Part shown: one piece after another, positions 1-10,200 of the stretch
Position numbering within the stretch: position 1 is the first letter of the stretch
Layout: each line of letters opens with the position of its first letter
Assembly (NCBI GenBank): GCA_946631345.1
Contig: CAMPAA010000001.1
Span: 1 to 43,005, forward strand
DNA: 43,005 nt
DNA from: an uncultured Verrucomicrobiota bacterium
GTDB lineage: Bacteria; Verrucomicrobiota; Kiritimatiellia; RFP12; UBA1067
Direction of reading: 5' to 3'
The notes under the pieces: model-generated
Databases searched by the model: none
What the model was told of the DNA's origin: nothing
Seen by the model: the letters and a program-made list of their open reading frames with translations, nothing else
Translations under genes and position numbers: made by a program

Positions 1-101
1 GAGCGGCGCGTGGGGACACGCGCCCTCCCGTTTTCCGCGTTAGGGTCACCGCGCCCTGCCATCTTCACTGGCAATTGTTTTGGCAAAACTGGCAAAAACG
101 C

Positions 102-134
102 TTGACAAGAAAAAAAAAACGGTTATGATATATT
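102..134 (+). promoter_or_regulatory. Putative promoter of the GH127-like gene
   Basis: TTGACA at 102-107, a 16-nt spacer containing an A10 run (110-119), then TATGAT at 124-129. This overlaps TGATATATT at 126-134, one mismatch from the window's recurrent TGnTAYAAT motif. Confidence 0.4.
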
Positions 135-169
135 TCGCGTACTGTTTTTTTTTTAAGGGAAACTGTATC

Positions 170-2005
170 ATGCGCAAACAATCTTTCGCCAATGCGATTA
201 TGTCGTGCGGCCTTTTGTGGTGTGCCATTTCGGTGTCGGCGGCGGTCAAGGTCGAACGCGTAGGCGGGCGCGTAGGTGAGCGGTTGCGTGACTGCCTTGA
301 GCGCAGCGTGAAGGCGGCCGACGCCGATATGTACGCAAAGGCGTTCGAGGGCAAGGGCGAAAAGCGCTGGTGGCAGACGGAGTTTTGGGGTAAGTGGATG
401 CACGGGGCCGTGCCGCTCGCGGCCTTTTCGAATGACGCCGCGCTAAAGGCCAAGATCGCCGCATCCGTAGAAATCATCCTCAAGGCGCAGCGCGCCGACG
501 GCTATCTCGGCAACTATCGCGACGACGCGCATCTGGTGCATTGGGACGTGTGGGGGCGCAAGTATGTGATGCTCGGACTTATGCTCCAGTACGACGCGAC
601 AGGCGACAGGCGGCTCCTTGACGCCGCCCGGCGCACGTGCGACCATCTGATGACGGAGGTTGGTCCGGGTCTGCGCCCGATCCATTCCGCCGGCAACCAC
701 CGCGGCATGGCGGCGATGAGCGTGCTGGAGCCGGTGATGTGGCTATACGCCCGCACGAAGGATGCCAGATACCTTGATTTTGCGAAATACATCGTTGGCG
801 AGATGGACAATGCGGAGGATGGGCCTGCGCTTATCTCGAAGGCGATTGCCGGCGTGGACGTGGGGTCGCGCTGGCCCAAGCCGCAGAATTGGTGGAGCCG
901 CAGCCAGGGGCGCAAGGCCTATGAGATGATGAGCTGCTATCAGGGCTTGCTGGAATATGCTCGCGCGACCGGCGATGCGCGGGCGCTGGATGCCGTGATG
1001 AAATCGGCATGCAACATCCGCGACACCGAGATCAATGCAGCGGGATCGGGCGCAAGCTTTGAGTGCTGGTACCATGGCCGGCGGAAGCAGGTGCATCCCG
1101 CCTTCGACATGATGGAGACGTGCGTGACGACTACCTGGCTGCGGTTGCTAGGCTCGCTCATGGACGAGACCGGCGATCCGCGCTGGGCCGACGAGTTCGA
1201 GCGCACGTTCTACAACGCCTATCTCGCATCGCTCTCGGAGAAGGGTGACACGTTCTCGAAGTACTGTCCGCTGATCGGCGGACGAGGGCGCGGCGCCTAC
1301 CAGTGCGGTCTGCCAGTCAACTGCTGCATCGCGAACGGGCCACGCGGGTTCGTGGCTCTGCTGGAGCACATGGCCCGCGAGGAGAATGGCGGCGTATGCC
1401 TTGACCTCTACGTGCCGGCGACGTTCACCGCCGAGGCGGGTGGCGAGACCGTGCGCTTCACAGTCGATACGGACTACCCGCGAGGCGGCCGCGTGACCGT
1501 TCGCGTAGATCCGCCGCGCGAGGTGCGTTTCGCGCTGAAGCTGCGCATTCCGGCCTGGGAGAAGGATGGTGGACGCTACCGGATGGAGGAGCGCGTATGG
1601 AAGCCAGGCGACGCCGTCACGCTTGATTTCGCTATGACGCTGCGCCCTGTCGAGTTCGAGCGCCACCTCGCATTCCTTCGCGGTCCGCTCGTATTTGCTC
1701 GCGATGCGCGCTTCGGCGACGGCAACATCCACGCCAGCGTCGTGCCGCTGTACGGTCCTGATGGCCTTGAAGACATGAAGCCTCGGATGGTGCCTTCGCC
1801 GGTTGACACCGCATGGCCCTCGTTCTTCGCCTTCACCGTACCGCTGCGCCTTGGACTTGATCTCGGCACAAAACGTGTGCAGACTCCACGCGCGATCGGA
1901 TTCTGCGATTTCGCGTCTGCGGCGGGCGACTGGTCTGCTGCGAGCGATTGCCGCGTGTGGCTCGAATATCCGGTCGACGAGATGGACGAATGCGGCAACT
2001 TATAG
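170..2005 (+). CDS. Secreted glycoside hydrolase family 127-like protein (beta-L-arabinofuranosidase / DUF1680 type)
   Basis: Start moved to ATG 170 (MRKQSFANA..., hydrophobic signal peptide, AAGGGA RBS at 155-160). It has an E-T-C motif (MMETCVTTTW) and a downstream C-C motif (LPVNCCIANGPRG), matching the Glu/Cys/Cys-Cys zinc and catalytic arrangement of GH127. Confidence 0.65.
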   Translation: MRKQSFANAIMSCGLLWCAISVSAAVKVERVGGRVGERLRDCLERSVKAADADMYAKAFEGKGEKRWWQTEFWGKWMHGAVPLAAFSNDAALKAKIAASVEIILKAQRADGYLGNYRDDAHLVHWDVWGRKYVMLGLMLQYDATGDRRLLDAARRTCDHLMTEVGPGLRPIHSAGNHRGMAAMSVLEPVMWLYARTKDARYLDFAKYIVGEMDNAEDGPALISKAIAGVDVGSRWPKPQNWWSRSQGRKAYEMMSCYQGLLEYARATGDARALDAVMKSACNIRDTEINAAGSGASFECWYHGRRKQVHPAFDMMETCVTTTWLRLLGSLMDETGDPRWADEFERTFYNAYLASLSEKGDTFSKYCPLIGGRGRGAYQCGLPVNCCIANGPRGFVALLEHMAREENGGVCLDLYVPATFTAEAGGETVRFTVDTDYPRGGRVTVRVDPPREVRFALKLRIPAWEKDGGRYRMEERVWKPGDAVTLDFAMTLRPVEFERHLAFLRGPLVFARDARFGDGNIHASVVPLYGPDGLEDMKPRMVPSPVDTAWPSFFAFTVPLRLGLDLGTKRVQTPRAIGFCDFASAAGDWSAASDCRVWLEYPVDEMDECGNL

Positions 2006-2077
2006 CAAAAATGAAAGAAACTGGTTTTAGGGCATGGTGTCCTGAAACGCCATGAAAGCAAGGAAAGGAGAAACTGT

Positions 2078-4822
2078 ATGATGCGTAGACAATCTTTCGC
2101 CAATGCGGCGCTGAACATTGCGGTCGGGGCTTTTGCCCTCGCCGCCACTGCCGCCGACAAGAGCTACACGCCGAGCGGCACTCCGCCGTACCTGTGGTCG
2201 GATGCCACCGCCTGGGGCGGTTCAGAGCCGGGGGCTGCCGACGTAGTCACCATTGCGGATGCCGGGCTTCTTGTCCATCCGCTCGTCCTTGAGGCGGCAA
2301 CGGCGGCGACAGTGTCAAAATGCTGGGTCGATAATGCTATCTTGTATGTGGAACAGGGTGGAAGCCTTACAGTTAAAGAGTCATCAGGCTTTTCGCTCGC
2401 ACTTTCGCCGGGTGCCGTAGGAGTTGTCACCAACTATGGTACGATCAATACGCCAAGTCTTGATTTGGGGTCGTACACCAGACCTGCCGGTGGGGCAAAG
2501 GCCAGCATGGCACGTTTTGACAACTTCGGCACCGTCAACATCAGCACGCATTTCCGCATGGGCGTGAGCAACACGCCGAGTTTCTTCTACAACCATGAGG
2601 GGGCTACGTTCAACAAGACGGGCGGAGGTGGCTACAGTTTCTATCTGGCGACACAAACTGGCGGCGACAGCACGATCCTCAACGAAGGGACAATGGTTTG
2701 CGGGAGCGGCACACAAACATGGTCCGGTAACGCCTCCAACACCAAGAGCGAGATCATCATGCGGAAGTCAGGCACTTTTGATCCCGGGCCAATCTTTAAG
2801 ATCGGCCATGCCGGCAACAGCGTCACCACCATAAATCTATACGACAGCAGTCGGGTGTCGGGCGCGACTCGATACACCGTAGGTGGCGCCGCTGGCTGCA
2901 AGGGATACATCACGCTCTCGAACGAATCGGCGTTTGCGACAACCAAAGCGATGGATCTCGGCTCATCGGCCCGGACGTTGGGAGTCCTTTCGCTTGCCGA
3001 TGATGCGACGGCGACCTTTGGCAACAGTTGCAATCTCGGCGGAGGTGCGAACTCGACCGGCATCGTGGAGTTCGCCGATAGCTCCATGGGCGCATTCAAC
3101 TCAGACTGCAACATCGGGGCGGGTGGATCAGGTTCATTCGGTTCTCTTACCTTATCCGGCGACTCGTCTGCGACGTTCAACGGACAGTGCAACTTGGGCA
3201 CATCTGTCTATGGCGTGGGGGAAATGCACATCAAGGATTCGGCGCGCGTGCGGGCGGCTAACTATCTGTATGTGTGCGGCAATTCTGGCGGATGCTCGAC
3301 AGGGCTTTTGACACTTGCCGGTTCGAGCATCATCTCGAACACGGCAGGCGCGTTGGTGGTCGGCTGCTATTCGAATGCTCACGGAAGAATTGAGCTGCGC
3401 GACAACTCGCGTCTGGTCGCCGCCTCCAACTTCTATCTGGGCCACGGGAACGCCCAAAGCAGCAAAGGCGCGCTCGGAGAGCTGTCGCTACATGGAGCTT
3501 CCGCGGTGGAGTCGGCGGGAGACTACATGTTTCTCGGCAGCCAGCCCGGCGCAACCGGCATGATTGACCTGCACGACTCTTCATCGCTTGTGGTGAGCAA
3601 CTTCGTATCCTTGGGAAGGGCAGTGAACGCTACAGGCATCGTGACGGTCGCCGACAGCGCCATTATCGACTCGCCGATGATGTATATCGGATGGGAACAC
3701 GATTCGAGCGGATATCTGACGACGGAAGGGACCGGGCGCATCTGCTGCGAAAACATCCAGATGGGCAGGGGCAACAGGAGCTTCAGCCATCTGAAGGCGG
3801 CGGGCAATTCGGTCTTGGAGGTCTCGAACATAACCGTTGCCGTGAGCGCCGATGCAGCGACCAGCATCCTTGAGATAGCGGAGGGGGCGGTCGTGTCCAA
3901 CACCTACATCAAGATAGGCTGCAACTCGGATTCCTCGCGCGGAATACTGAAGATGAGCGGCGGATCCCTCATTATCGACGGGAAGAGTCCTCTCGACCCG
4001 ATATACCTCAACCAGCGGCTTTCGAGCGTCTCCGCCTGGATTCGCGGCTGGGGCAAGGTCGCATATGAGAATCCGCGCGCAATGATCACGGAATGGCCGA
4101 CATCGACGCGCACGCGCTGTATCGTCCACTACGGCCAGGTGATTGCCGATGGCGAAGGTGTGGAGCGCGATCTGGACTTCAGCCGGTTTGCCGCAATGTC
4201 CTACAGAAACACGCAAGCCAACTATTCCGGCACGAACGGGTGGTTCGCGGTGAACAAGGGGCGGCTCAAGCTGCCGCGCTGCCTACCGAGAAAGACGGCC
4301 AGCTACAAGTGCACGGGCGACTGCTACGACCTCGACTATGCGAACGAGTACAGCAACGCCACCACATCCAACCGGCTCTCCAACACGTTTTCGTGCGTGT
4401 TTGAAGGAGCGGCGCTGAACAATTTCGTGTTCTCTGAGCTGTATGCGACCGACCGCAGCGATATCCCTGCCGGGCTTCCCTCCGTCGCAGGATCGGGCAG
4501 CGTGATGAGCGTATGGCGCATTGGACTCTTCACCGACGGCCCGGAGGTTGACGATCCTGTGAACCCGGACGCGTTCACCTCGGCGAAGCTGCACTTCCGT
4601 CTGCCGAAGGACATTCCGGAGGAGCTCGTCCAGCTCTGCGTGTACCGGCACGACGGCACGCCTGGCGGCAGCTGGCGGCTTGTTGGCCGCACTGCGGCGC
4701 GGCGCGGCTGGCCGGTGGTCCCCGCGAACGTATCTGCGCCAAGCTCGGCCAACTGGAACCTTGGATGGTTCGCCGTTGTCGGACGCGAGAAACCGTTCGG
4801 AACCACGCTCACGTTCCGCTGA
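2078..4822 (+). CDS. Secreted beta-helix-type repeat protein, function unknown
   Basis: Signal peptide MMRRQSFANAALNIAVGAFALAATAA, with a GGAG RBS at 2067-2070. The second ATG at 2081 is the start by analogy with gene 1. About 14 tandem 26-28 aa units (G-x-L-x-L-x-D-S-S ... G ... S/T) span aa ~250-635. Confidence 0.7.
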   Translation: MMRRQSFANAALNIAVGAFALAATAADKSYTPSGTPPYLWSDATAWGGSEPGAADVVTIADAGLLVHPLVLEAATAATVSKCWVDNAILYVEQGGSLTVKESSGFSLALSPGAVGVVTNYGTINTPSLDLGSYTRPAGGAKASMARFDNFGTVNISTHFRMGVSNTPSFFYNHEGATFNKTGGGGYSFYLATQTGGDSTILNEGTMVCGSGTQTWSGNASNTKSEIIMRKSGTFDPGPIFKIGHAGNSVTTINLYDSSRVSGATRYTVGGAAGCKGYITLSNESAFATTKAMDLGSSARTLGVLSLADDATATFGNSCNLGGGANSTGIVEFADSSMGAFNSDCNIGAGGSGSFGSLTLSGDSSATFNGQCNLGTSVYGVGEMHIKDSARVRAANYLYVCGNSGGCSTGLLTLAGSSIISNTAGALVVGCYSNAHGRIELRDNSRLVAASNFYLGHGNAQSSKGALGELSLHGASAVESAGDYMFLGSQPGATGMIDLHDSSSLVVSNFVSLGRAVNATGIVTVADSAIIDSPMMYIGWEHDSSGYLTTEGTGRICCENIQMGRGNRSFSHLKAAGNSVLEVSNITVAVSADAATSILEIAEGAVVSNTYIKIGCNSDSSRGILKMSGGSLIIDGKSPLDPIYLNQRLSSVSAWIRGWGKVAYENPRAMITEWPTSTRTRCIVHYGQVIADGEGVERDLDFSRFAAMSYRNTQANYSGTNGWFAVNKGRLKLPRCLPRKTASYKCTGDCYDLDYANEYSNATTSNRLSNTFSCVFEGAALNNFVFSELYATDRSDIPAGLPSVAGSGSVMSVWRIGLFTDGPEVDDPVNPDAFTSAKLHFRLPKDIPEELVQLCVYRHDGTPGGSWRLVGRTAARRGWPVVPANVSAPSSANWNLGWFAVVGREKPFGTTLTFR

Positions 4823-4826
4823 CTTG

Positions 4827-4835
4827 TGGTACAAT
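4827..4835 (+). promoter_or_regulatory. Extended -10 promoter element (TGGTACAAT), 7 nt upstream of ATG 4843
   Basis: Lies in the 20-nt gap after stop 4822. No Shine-Dalgarno fits between the element and the ATG. Confidence 0.5.
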
Positions 4836-4842
4836 AGGGCGC

Positions 4843-5889
4843 ATGAAAACGACTGAAATCAACAGAAGGGGCTTCATAGCGCTCGGCGCGGGGAGCCTGA
4901 TCGCGCCGACGTTCGCCGCCATCTCGGACCCTGCGCAGCCGCTCGAGCGCATAAAGCGCCTGAACCTCAAGGCGTCGGTCGAGGACAATCTCATCGGCGA
5001 GTTTCTCCAGCCCAGGCCGCTGTCGCTTAAGGTCGGAGCGGACAAGCCGTTCAGCGCGCTTCACTTTTCCGATACGCACGTGAGCATGGCGGACGCCGCC
5101 GACATACTTGCCGGCGGCGCGCGCGAGCTGCGGCTGTACGAGGCCCGCAACCACGGCGTTTTCGGGCGCGGCGGATTCCCGTTCGCCGTGCAGTCGCTTG
5201 CCGCCACGCTTGCGTACGCGAAGCGCAAGGGCATCCCGATGCTGAACACGGGCGACCTGTTTGACTTCCGCAGCGAGGCGAACATAGCGTGCATCGAAAG
5301 GTCGTTCGCAGGCGCCGACGTGTTCTCGGCGCTCGGCAACCATGAGGGGCACGGCCTGCACACTCCTGGCATGAACGGGCAGACCGCCAAGGCCGAGGAC
5401 GCCTTGCGCGCCCGCTACGAGAAGGTGATCGGCAATCCGCTCGTAGTTGCGTCGCGCGTGATCAACGGAGTGAACTTCGTGGCGTTCGACAACTGCGAGA
5501 TGTCGCGGTTCATCCGCGACAGGATGGTGGACATGATCAAGGCCGAGCTGGAGAAGGGCATGCCGACGGTGCTGATGTGCCACATGCCTCCGTTCTCCAG
5601 GAAGCTCTACGACGACATGATGGCGATGCACCGCGCGCGCAATGCCAGCTACTACCCGAAGGAGACGAACCTCACGGCGTATTTCATGATGGGCGAAGAC
5701 TTCCAGAAGTCGCGGGCACCAAAGGCGTTCAGGCGGCTGTTCGAGTACCTTGCGGGACGCGACAACCTCAAGGCGATTCTCTGCGGCCATCTGCACTTCG
5801 AGTGGCAAGGGACTTTCAACGGCAAGGTGCCGGTTGTGATCGCCGGTCGGAACTTCAACGGCGAATGCTACGAGATCGCCTTCAGCTGA
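4843..5889 (+). CDS. Tat-signal calcineurin-like metallophosphoesterase
   Basis: Twin-arginine leader MKTTEINRRGFIALGAGSLIAPTFAA. Phosphoesterase motifs FSDTHV (DxH), NTGDLFD (GD), GNHE, MCHMPP (H) and CGHLH (GHxH). Confidence 0.8.
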   Translation: MKTTEINRRGFIALGAGSLIAPTFAAISDPAQPLERIKRLNLKASVEDNLIGEFLQPRPLSLKVGADKPFSALHFSDTHVSMADAADILAGGARELRLYEARNHGVFGRGGFPFAVQSLAATLAYAKRKGIPMLNTGDLFDFRSEANIACIERSFAGADVFSALGNHEGHGLHTPGMNGQTAKAEDALRARYEKVIGNPLVVASRVINGVNFVAFDNCEMSRFIRDRMVDMIKAELEKGMPTVLMCHMPPFSRKLYDDMMAMHRARNASYYPKETNLTAYFMMGEDFQKSRAPKAFRRLFEYLAGRDNLKAILCGHLHFEWQGTFNGKVPVVIAGRNFNGECYEIAFS

Positions 5890-5915
5890 CGCGCGAACAT
5901 CAAAGGAGAGAAAAA

Positions 5916-7202
5916 ATGAGACGTATTGTTGCAGGAGTTGGCGTGATTGCGGCTGTCTTGGCCGGCAATGCCGCATGCGAGCTTCCGATCATGGGATACA
6001 GCGGTTTCCCCGGCACCACGCCAAAACTCGAGATGCGCTACCGCGAAGCGAAGGAGTGCGGCCTTACTGCGCTCATGCAGAGCTTCGGCACCGCAGATCA
6101 GGCCCGCAAATACCTCGATGTCGCCCAGCGAGCGGGAATCAAGCTGCTCCTGTCCAACCGTAAGCTCTTCGAGGCTGACGGGTCGCAGTTAGCCGCAGCC
6201 GTAAAGGACCATCCGGCGCTCATGGCGTACTACGTGCGAGACGAGCCGAGCGTGGAAGACTTCGATAACCTCGGTCGTGCGGTACGCGCCATCCAGGCGG
6301 TGGATTCCGTGCATCCAAGCATCGTGAACTGGTTCGGGCGCGTGGATCGTATGCAGCGCTGGTACCACGTGCCGACGTTCGAGGAGTATATCGGTCAATT
6401 CATCGAGAAGGTTCCTACGCCTGTGCTGAGTTTCGACCAGTACCCCGTGCTGAACCCGGGACTCTTCCCGACTGCGCAGTTCCGACCGGCGACGGGTGAC
6501 TGCCACCTCCAGACGAACTGGTACCATTCGCTTGAAACCGTGCTCGACACGTCCAAGCGCACCGGCCGGCCATACTGGGCGTTTGCGCTGTCGTGCGCGC
6601 TCCGCCACAAGCAGGGCAACGACTATCCGATTCCTACCGAGGCCCATCTGCGGCTCCAGCAGTACTCCAACCTCGCCTATGGAGCGCAGGGATTGTGGTA
6701 CTACAACTACAGGGCGTCGCCGAGGGAGCTGGGGAAGATGTTTGCACAGGGGCATCCGTTCGCAAAGGACTGGAAGCGCTCCACTGTTTACGAGCGCATG
6801 CGCCGCGTGAACGCGGAGTTGCAGGCGCGGGCGTTCGTATTTCTCGGTGCGACGGTGGAACGCGTGCGCCATACCGGCGTTCCGTGGCCGGGCGAGGGCG
6901 AGAGGCTCACGGGCAGGTTCATCCCGCCCGGAACAACGCCGCTATCGGCCGGAGACCTGCCGGCTTGGGTGAAGTCGCTCTCAACGCCGGACGGCGGAGC
7001 CGTGGTGTCACTGCTCCTCAACGGCGGCAAGGAGTATCTTGTGGTGGTGAACCGCAGCCCCGACAAAGAGCTTACGCTCAAGCTCGAACTCGTCCCTGGC
7101 GCGAAGTACATCCGCTCGGACGGCACTGTGTCGGACGCCGCGCTCTACACGAGCGAGTACTGGCTTGATCCCGGCATGGCCGAGATATTCCAGGCTCCTT
7201 GA
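5916..7202 (+). CDS. Secreted protein, possibly a TIM-barrel glycoside-hydrolase-like enzyme
   Basis: ATG 5916 is preceded by AAAGGAGAG, and the N-terminus (MRRIVAGVGVIAAVLAGNAA) is a signal peptide. The YVRDEPS motif and alternating beta/alpha-like pattern are only loosely suggestive of a clan GH-A fold. Confidence 0.35.
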   Translation: MRRIVAGVGVIAAVLAGNAACELPIMGYSGFPGTTPKLEMRYREAKECGLTALMQSFGTADQARKYLDVAQRAGIKLLLSNRKLFEADGSQLAAAVKDHPALMAYYVRDEPSVEDFDNLGRAVRAIQAVDSVHPSIVNWFGRVDRMQRWYHVPTFEEYIGQFIEKVPTPVLSFDQYPVLNPGLFPTAQFRPATGDCHLQTNWYHSLETVLDTSKRTGRPYWAFALSCALRHKQGNDYPIPTEAHLRLQQYSNLAYGAQGLWYYNYRASPRELGKMFAQGHPFAKDWKRSTVYERMRRVNAELQARAFVFLGATVERVRHTGVPWPGEGERLTGRFIPPGTTPLSAGDLPAWVKSLSTPDGGAVVSLLLNGGKEYLVVVNRSPDKELTLKLELVPGAKYIRSDGTVSDAALYTSEYWLDPGMAEIFQAP

Positions 7203-7223
7203 CCGAGCTTTGATCCGAATGGA

Positions 7224-10200
7224 TCAGCGGATTTCAACTTGAATTGAACCGGCCTTCTTTATTGTTGCGAAGCCGTATCCGCTGCCGTCAATCATGGCTC
7301 CGGCGATTTTCACGGTGGTGGCCTTTCGCTTGCCGCCGAGAATGCGGTACGCCTTGAACGAGCCTTTGAACGTGCCGGTCTTTGCTGCATAGCGTAGCTT
7401 CAGGTTGGAGATGTCGCCAGGTGCGGTCCACGTGCTGCGGTTCCCAACGAGCGTCACGCCGTCGGGCAGGTCTTCAGTAGCCACGTCAACGGTCTGGGAT
7501 GCACCGGTTGAGAATGCCGTGGAAACCATCTGCCCGGCGGTTTCCCAGTCGAATCGCAGCTTCGCGCCGTCATTCAGCTGTCCCGGAGCGCCTGCAACGG
7601 CGTTTGCAGGGCCGTAAACCTGTACCTCTCCGCCTTCCCGTGGAATCCATACCGTCAGCGCAAGCGGCTTCTTCGTGAACGACACGGGTATGCACAGCCA
7701 TTCATCTCCGACCGTTAGCTGAGATTTCGCCGATACCTTCGAGCCGTCGGAAAGCGTGCCGGATACCGACACCTTGCCTTTCTTCGTGATTTTCATCGAC
7801 AGGAAACCGTCATTCCAGGCGACATTGAGCACGTCAGGACATGTTGCAAGCGCGCGGCTTGCCGCTGCAACTTCATCCTGCCGCTTCGAGGCGAAGAGGT
7901 TGCGTGCACCTTCAATTCTGTAACCACCATAGCTACCTGCCATTCCGTTTTCCCCTACCGACAGGTCAAGTCCGCTTACTGTTCCATCTGCTATGTTCAG
8001 CGAACCTTTAACCGTTTTCTTCTTCTGTCCGGCAAGTTGCATTTCAGCCGTCACCTTTGATACGCCGTTTTTTGCCTTTGCCACCTTCAGCAGAAGTGTT
8101 CCGCGCGGGGTGCCGTCAGCGTCTGTGACATAGCCTGAATAGGTCGAGGCCGCTCCTGAAGGTGCGTCCGGCAAAATGAGAGTGTGGCGCAAGACGGCGA
8201 CGGGGGAATCCTCCTGCGCCGAGGTTTCTTTGCATGTCACGCCGCTGTCAGCGAAAGCATCGCTGGCGACCGTCACTCTTGCGGTGTCGACCTCGATCTG
8301 GGTTGAGCGCGAAACCGAGACGATTGTAATATCGCTTGTGAGTTTGGCATCGGCACTGCCATCGCCTGGCGCGGCTCTGCCGGAAGAGGTTCTGTTGGTA
8401 GTGACTGATATTGGATAGATGTTGATGCCTTTGAAGGCGTATCCGCTGATGCTTGTCACGCCGTATAGAAGAGAATCAAGGGAAATGTCGCCTTTGACCG
8501 TCTCCGTAGAGACCTTCGTCACGGGAGAGTTGGTGACCGAGGACAGCACGATGTATGGGAGTTCGCCGGTTGCTACGGCATCAATGCGGTCAACGACTCT
8601 CATCGCGATGTTCGAGGTTACGATTGTGTGGGGGAGGACGAGCGTGTCGGGCACACATACGAGCCTTGTGCCGTCTGCCGAGTATAGCACGCCGTTGCGT
8701 GCACGGAAGGCCGGAGAGTGTGACACAAACTCCGTAACGTTCGAGCAGCCGGCAAAGGTGCCATCGGCAATATCTGCGACGGAACGTCCAGCCAGTTTCT
8801 CCGGAACCACGACCGTTCCCGATCCTCCATGCGCGGAGGTGATGCACACCGAGCCGTCGTCGTTCAGGTTGAATTCCCATTCAACGCCGTCCACGATTGC
8901 GCTGCCGCCGCCCGATTCGAGAAGATGGCAGCCGTAGAAAGCGTCTTCACGGGTTTCCTCCAGCGTTTCCGGGAGAGAAATGCGCTCCTTCGCAGCAGGG
9001 CAGGCGATGAGCGTGAGCATACGCTTGTCGTAGAGGAGGCCATCTTCGGTCGCGAAGCAGGGGTGCGAGGATGCAACGGAAATCTCCTGCATCAGCGGGC
9101 ATCCGGCGACAGGGTTCCCGTTGATTTCCGATACGCTGTCTGGGATGGCAAGCATAGAGATCTTGGTGCCGTAGAAAGGCCATCGCCCTATCTTCGTCAC
9201 GCCGTTCCCCAGGTTTACGGAGGCCAGCGACGTGCAGTTGGAGAACGCGTAGTCGCCGATCCACTCGTAGGTGTTCGGGATTGACATGGAAGTTATGCCG
9301 CGCAGGTTGGCGAGCGCGCCATCACCGATGCCTTTGACGATATAGCCGCCAAGCGTGTCTGGCAGGGTGAGGTTCATGATGGGATCGTCGCTCACAATCG
9401 CCGTCCTGCCGCCCGATCGCCATATTTCAGCCGTGCCATCAACCACTCGGTAGTACCATGTGGCGATGCCGTTGTCGTAGCTCAGTTCGTCATCGCCGCC
9501 ATCAGCGGAGGATTTGAGCACGATTGGGCGATCTTTCCATGTTTCAGCCGTGAACCCTGCATCTTCATTTGCAAAGCTCGTGAGTGTCTCCGGCGTGCCG
9601 GCGTAGAGATTGTCGGGGGCGGCAGGCGCATTGCCACCGTATGATACTTTTGTGAGAGAAGTGCATCCATCGAATGCCGCTTCCATTGCCGAGACGGTGG
9701 ATGGGATAGTCAGCGCATAGACGCCGGCACATCCGGCAAACGCATTGGAGCTGATTGTCTCGAGTGCGGCGGGAAGGGGGATGGGGTTGAGGTTAGCGCA
9801 CCCGTACAACGCCTCTTCGCCTATGTCGGTTACGGAAGCGAGGAAGGCGATGGACGAGCCGTCATAGTTCGCGGGAACGCCTATCACGGAAGTCTTCCCC
9901 TTGTTGTATACGATGTTGCCGGATGAATGGAACTTAGGATTTGCGGCATCTACCGCGACTGTCGTCACGAACTCCATCCCGGCGAGCGGGTTGCCGTCAA
10001 TGCTGTTCACTGTGTATGGGATTGACAGGGAGTGCGTCGTCATGCCTTCGAATGCATGGTAGCCGATCTTGGCTATTCCTGTCGGAAGCGCAATTTTGCC
10101 ATCTGCTGCCCAAAATGGGACGTTGTCATTGCCGTCTATCGCGCGAAGGGCAGTGCAGCCGCTGAAAGCATGGGCGCCGATTTCCTGTATCGATGGTGAT

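Noticed and set aside
5-24. Hairpin GGCGCGTG-ggga-CACGCGCC at the left window edge
   Set aside because: It is not followed directly by a T-run, and the upstream gene is outside the window. It cannot be called a terminator.
69-95. Three TGGCAA repeats (69-74, 81-86, 90-95) upstream of the first promoter
   Set aside because: The hexamers are short, the spacing is irregular (12 and 9 nt), and there is no partner half-site. This is not distinguishable from chance by eye.
80-169. N-terminal extensions offered by the ORF track (80-169, 4765-4842, 5577-5915, 16489-16584, 17972-18151, 20590-20598, 21992-22102, 23028-23069, 23477-23686, 24378-24782, 26879-27019, 31925-32005, 34970-35068)
   Set aside because: The extensions overlap the preceding gene or a promoter element, lack RBSs, and precede a clear signal peptide, family N-terminus or RBS-linked ATG. 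Internal starts were chosen instead.
4336-5976. 546-aa minus-strand ORF antisense to the metallophosphoesterase and to the end of the beta-helix gene
   Set aside because: The composition is Arg/His/Pro/Ala-rich with no recognisable motifs. It is fully antisense to ORFs carrying complete family motifs. This is a typical shadow ORF of GC-rich DNA.
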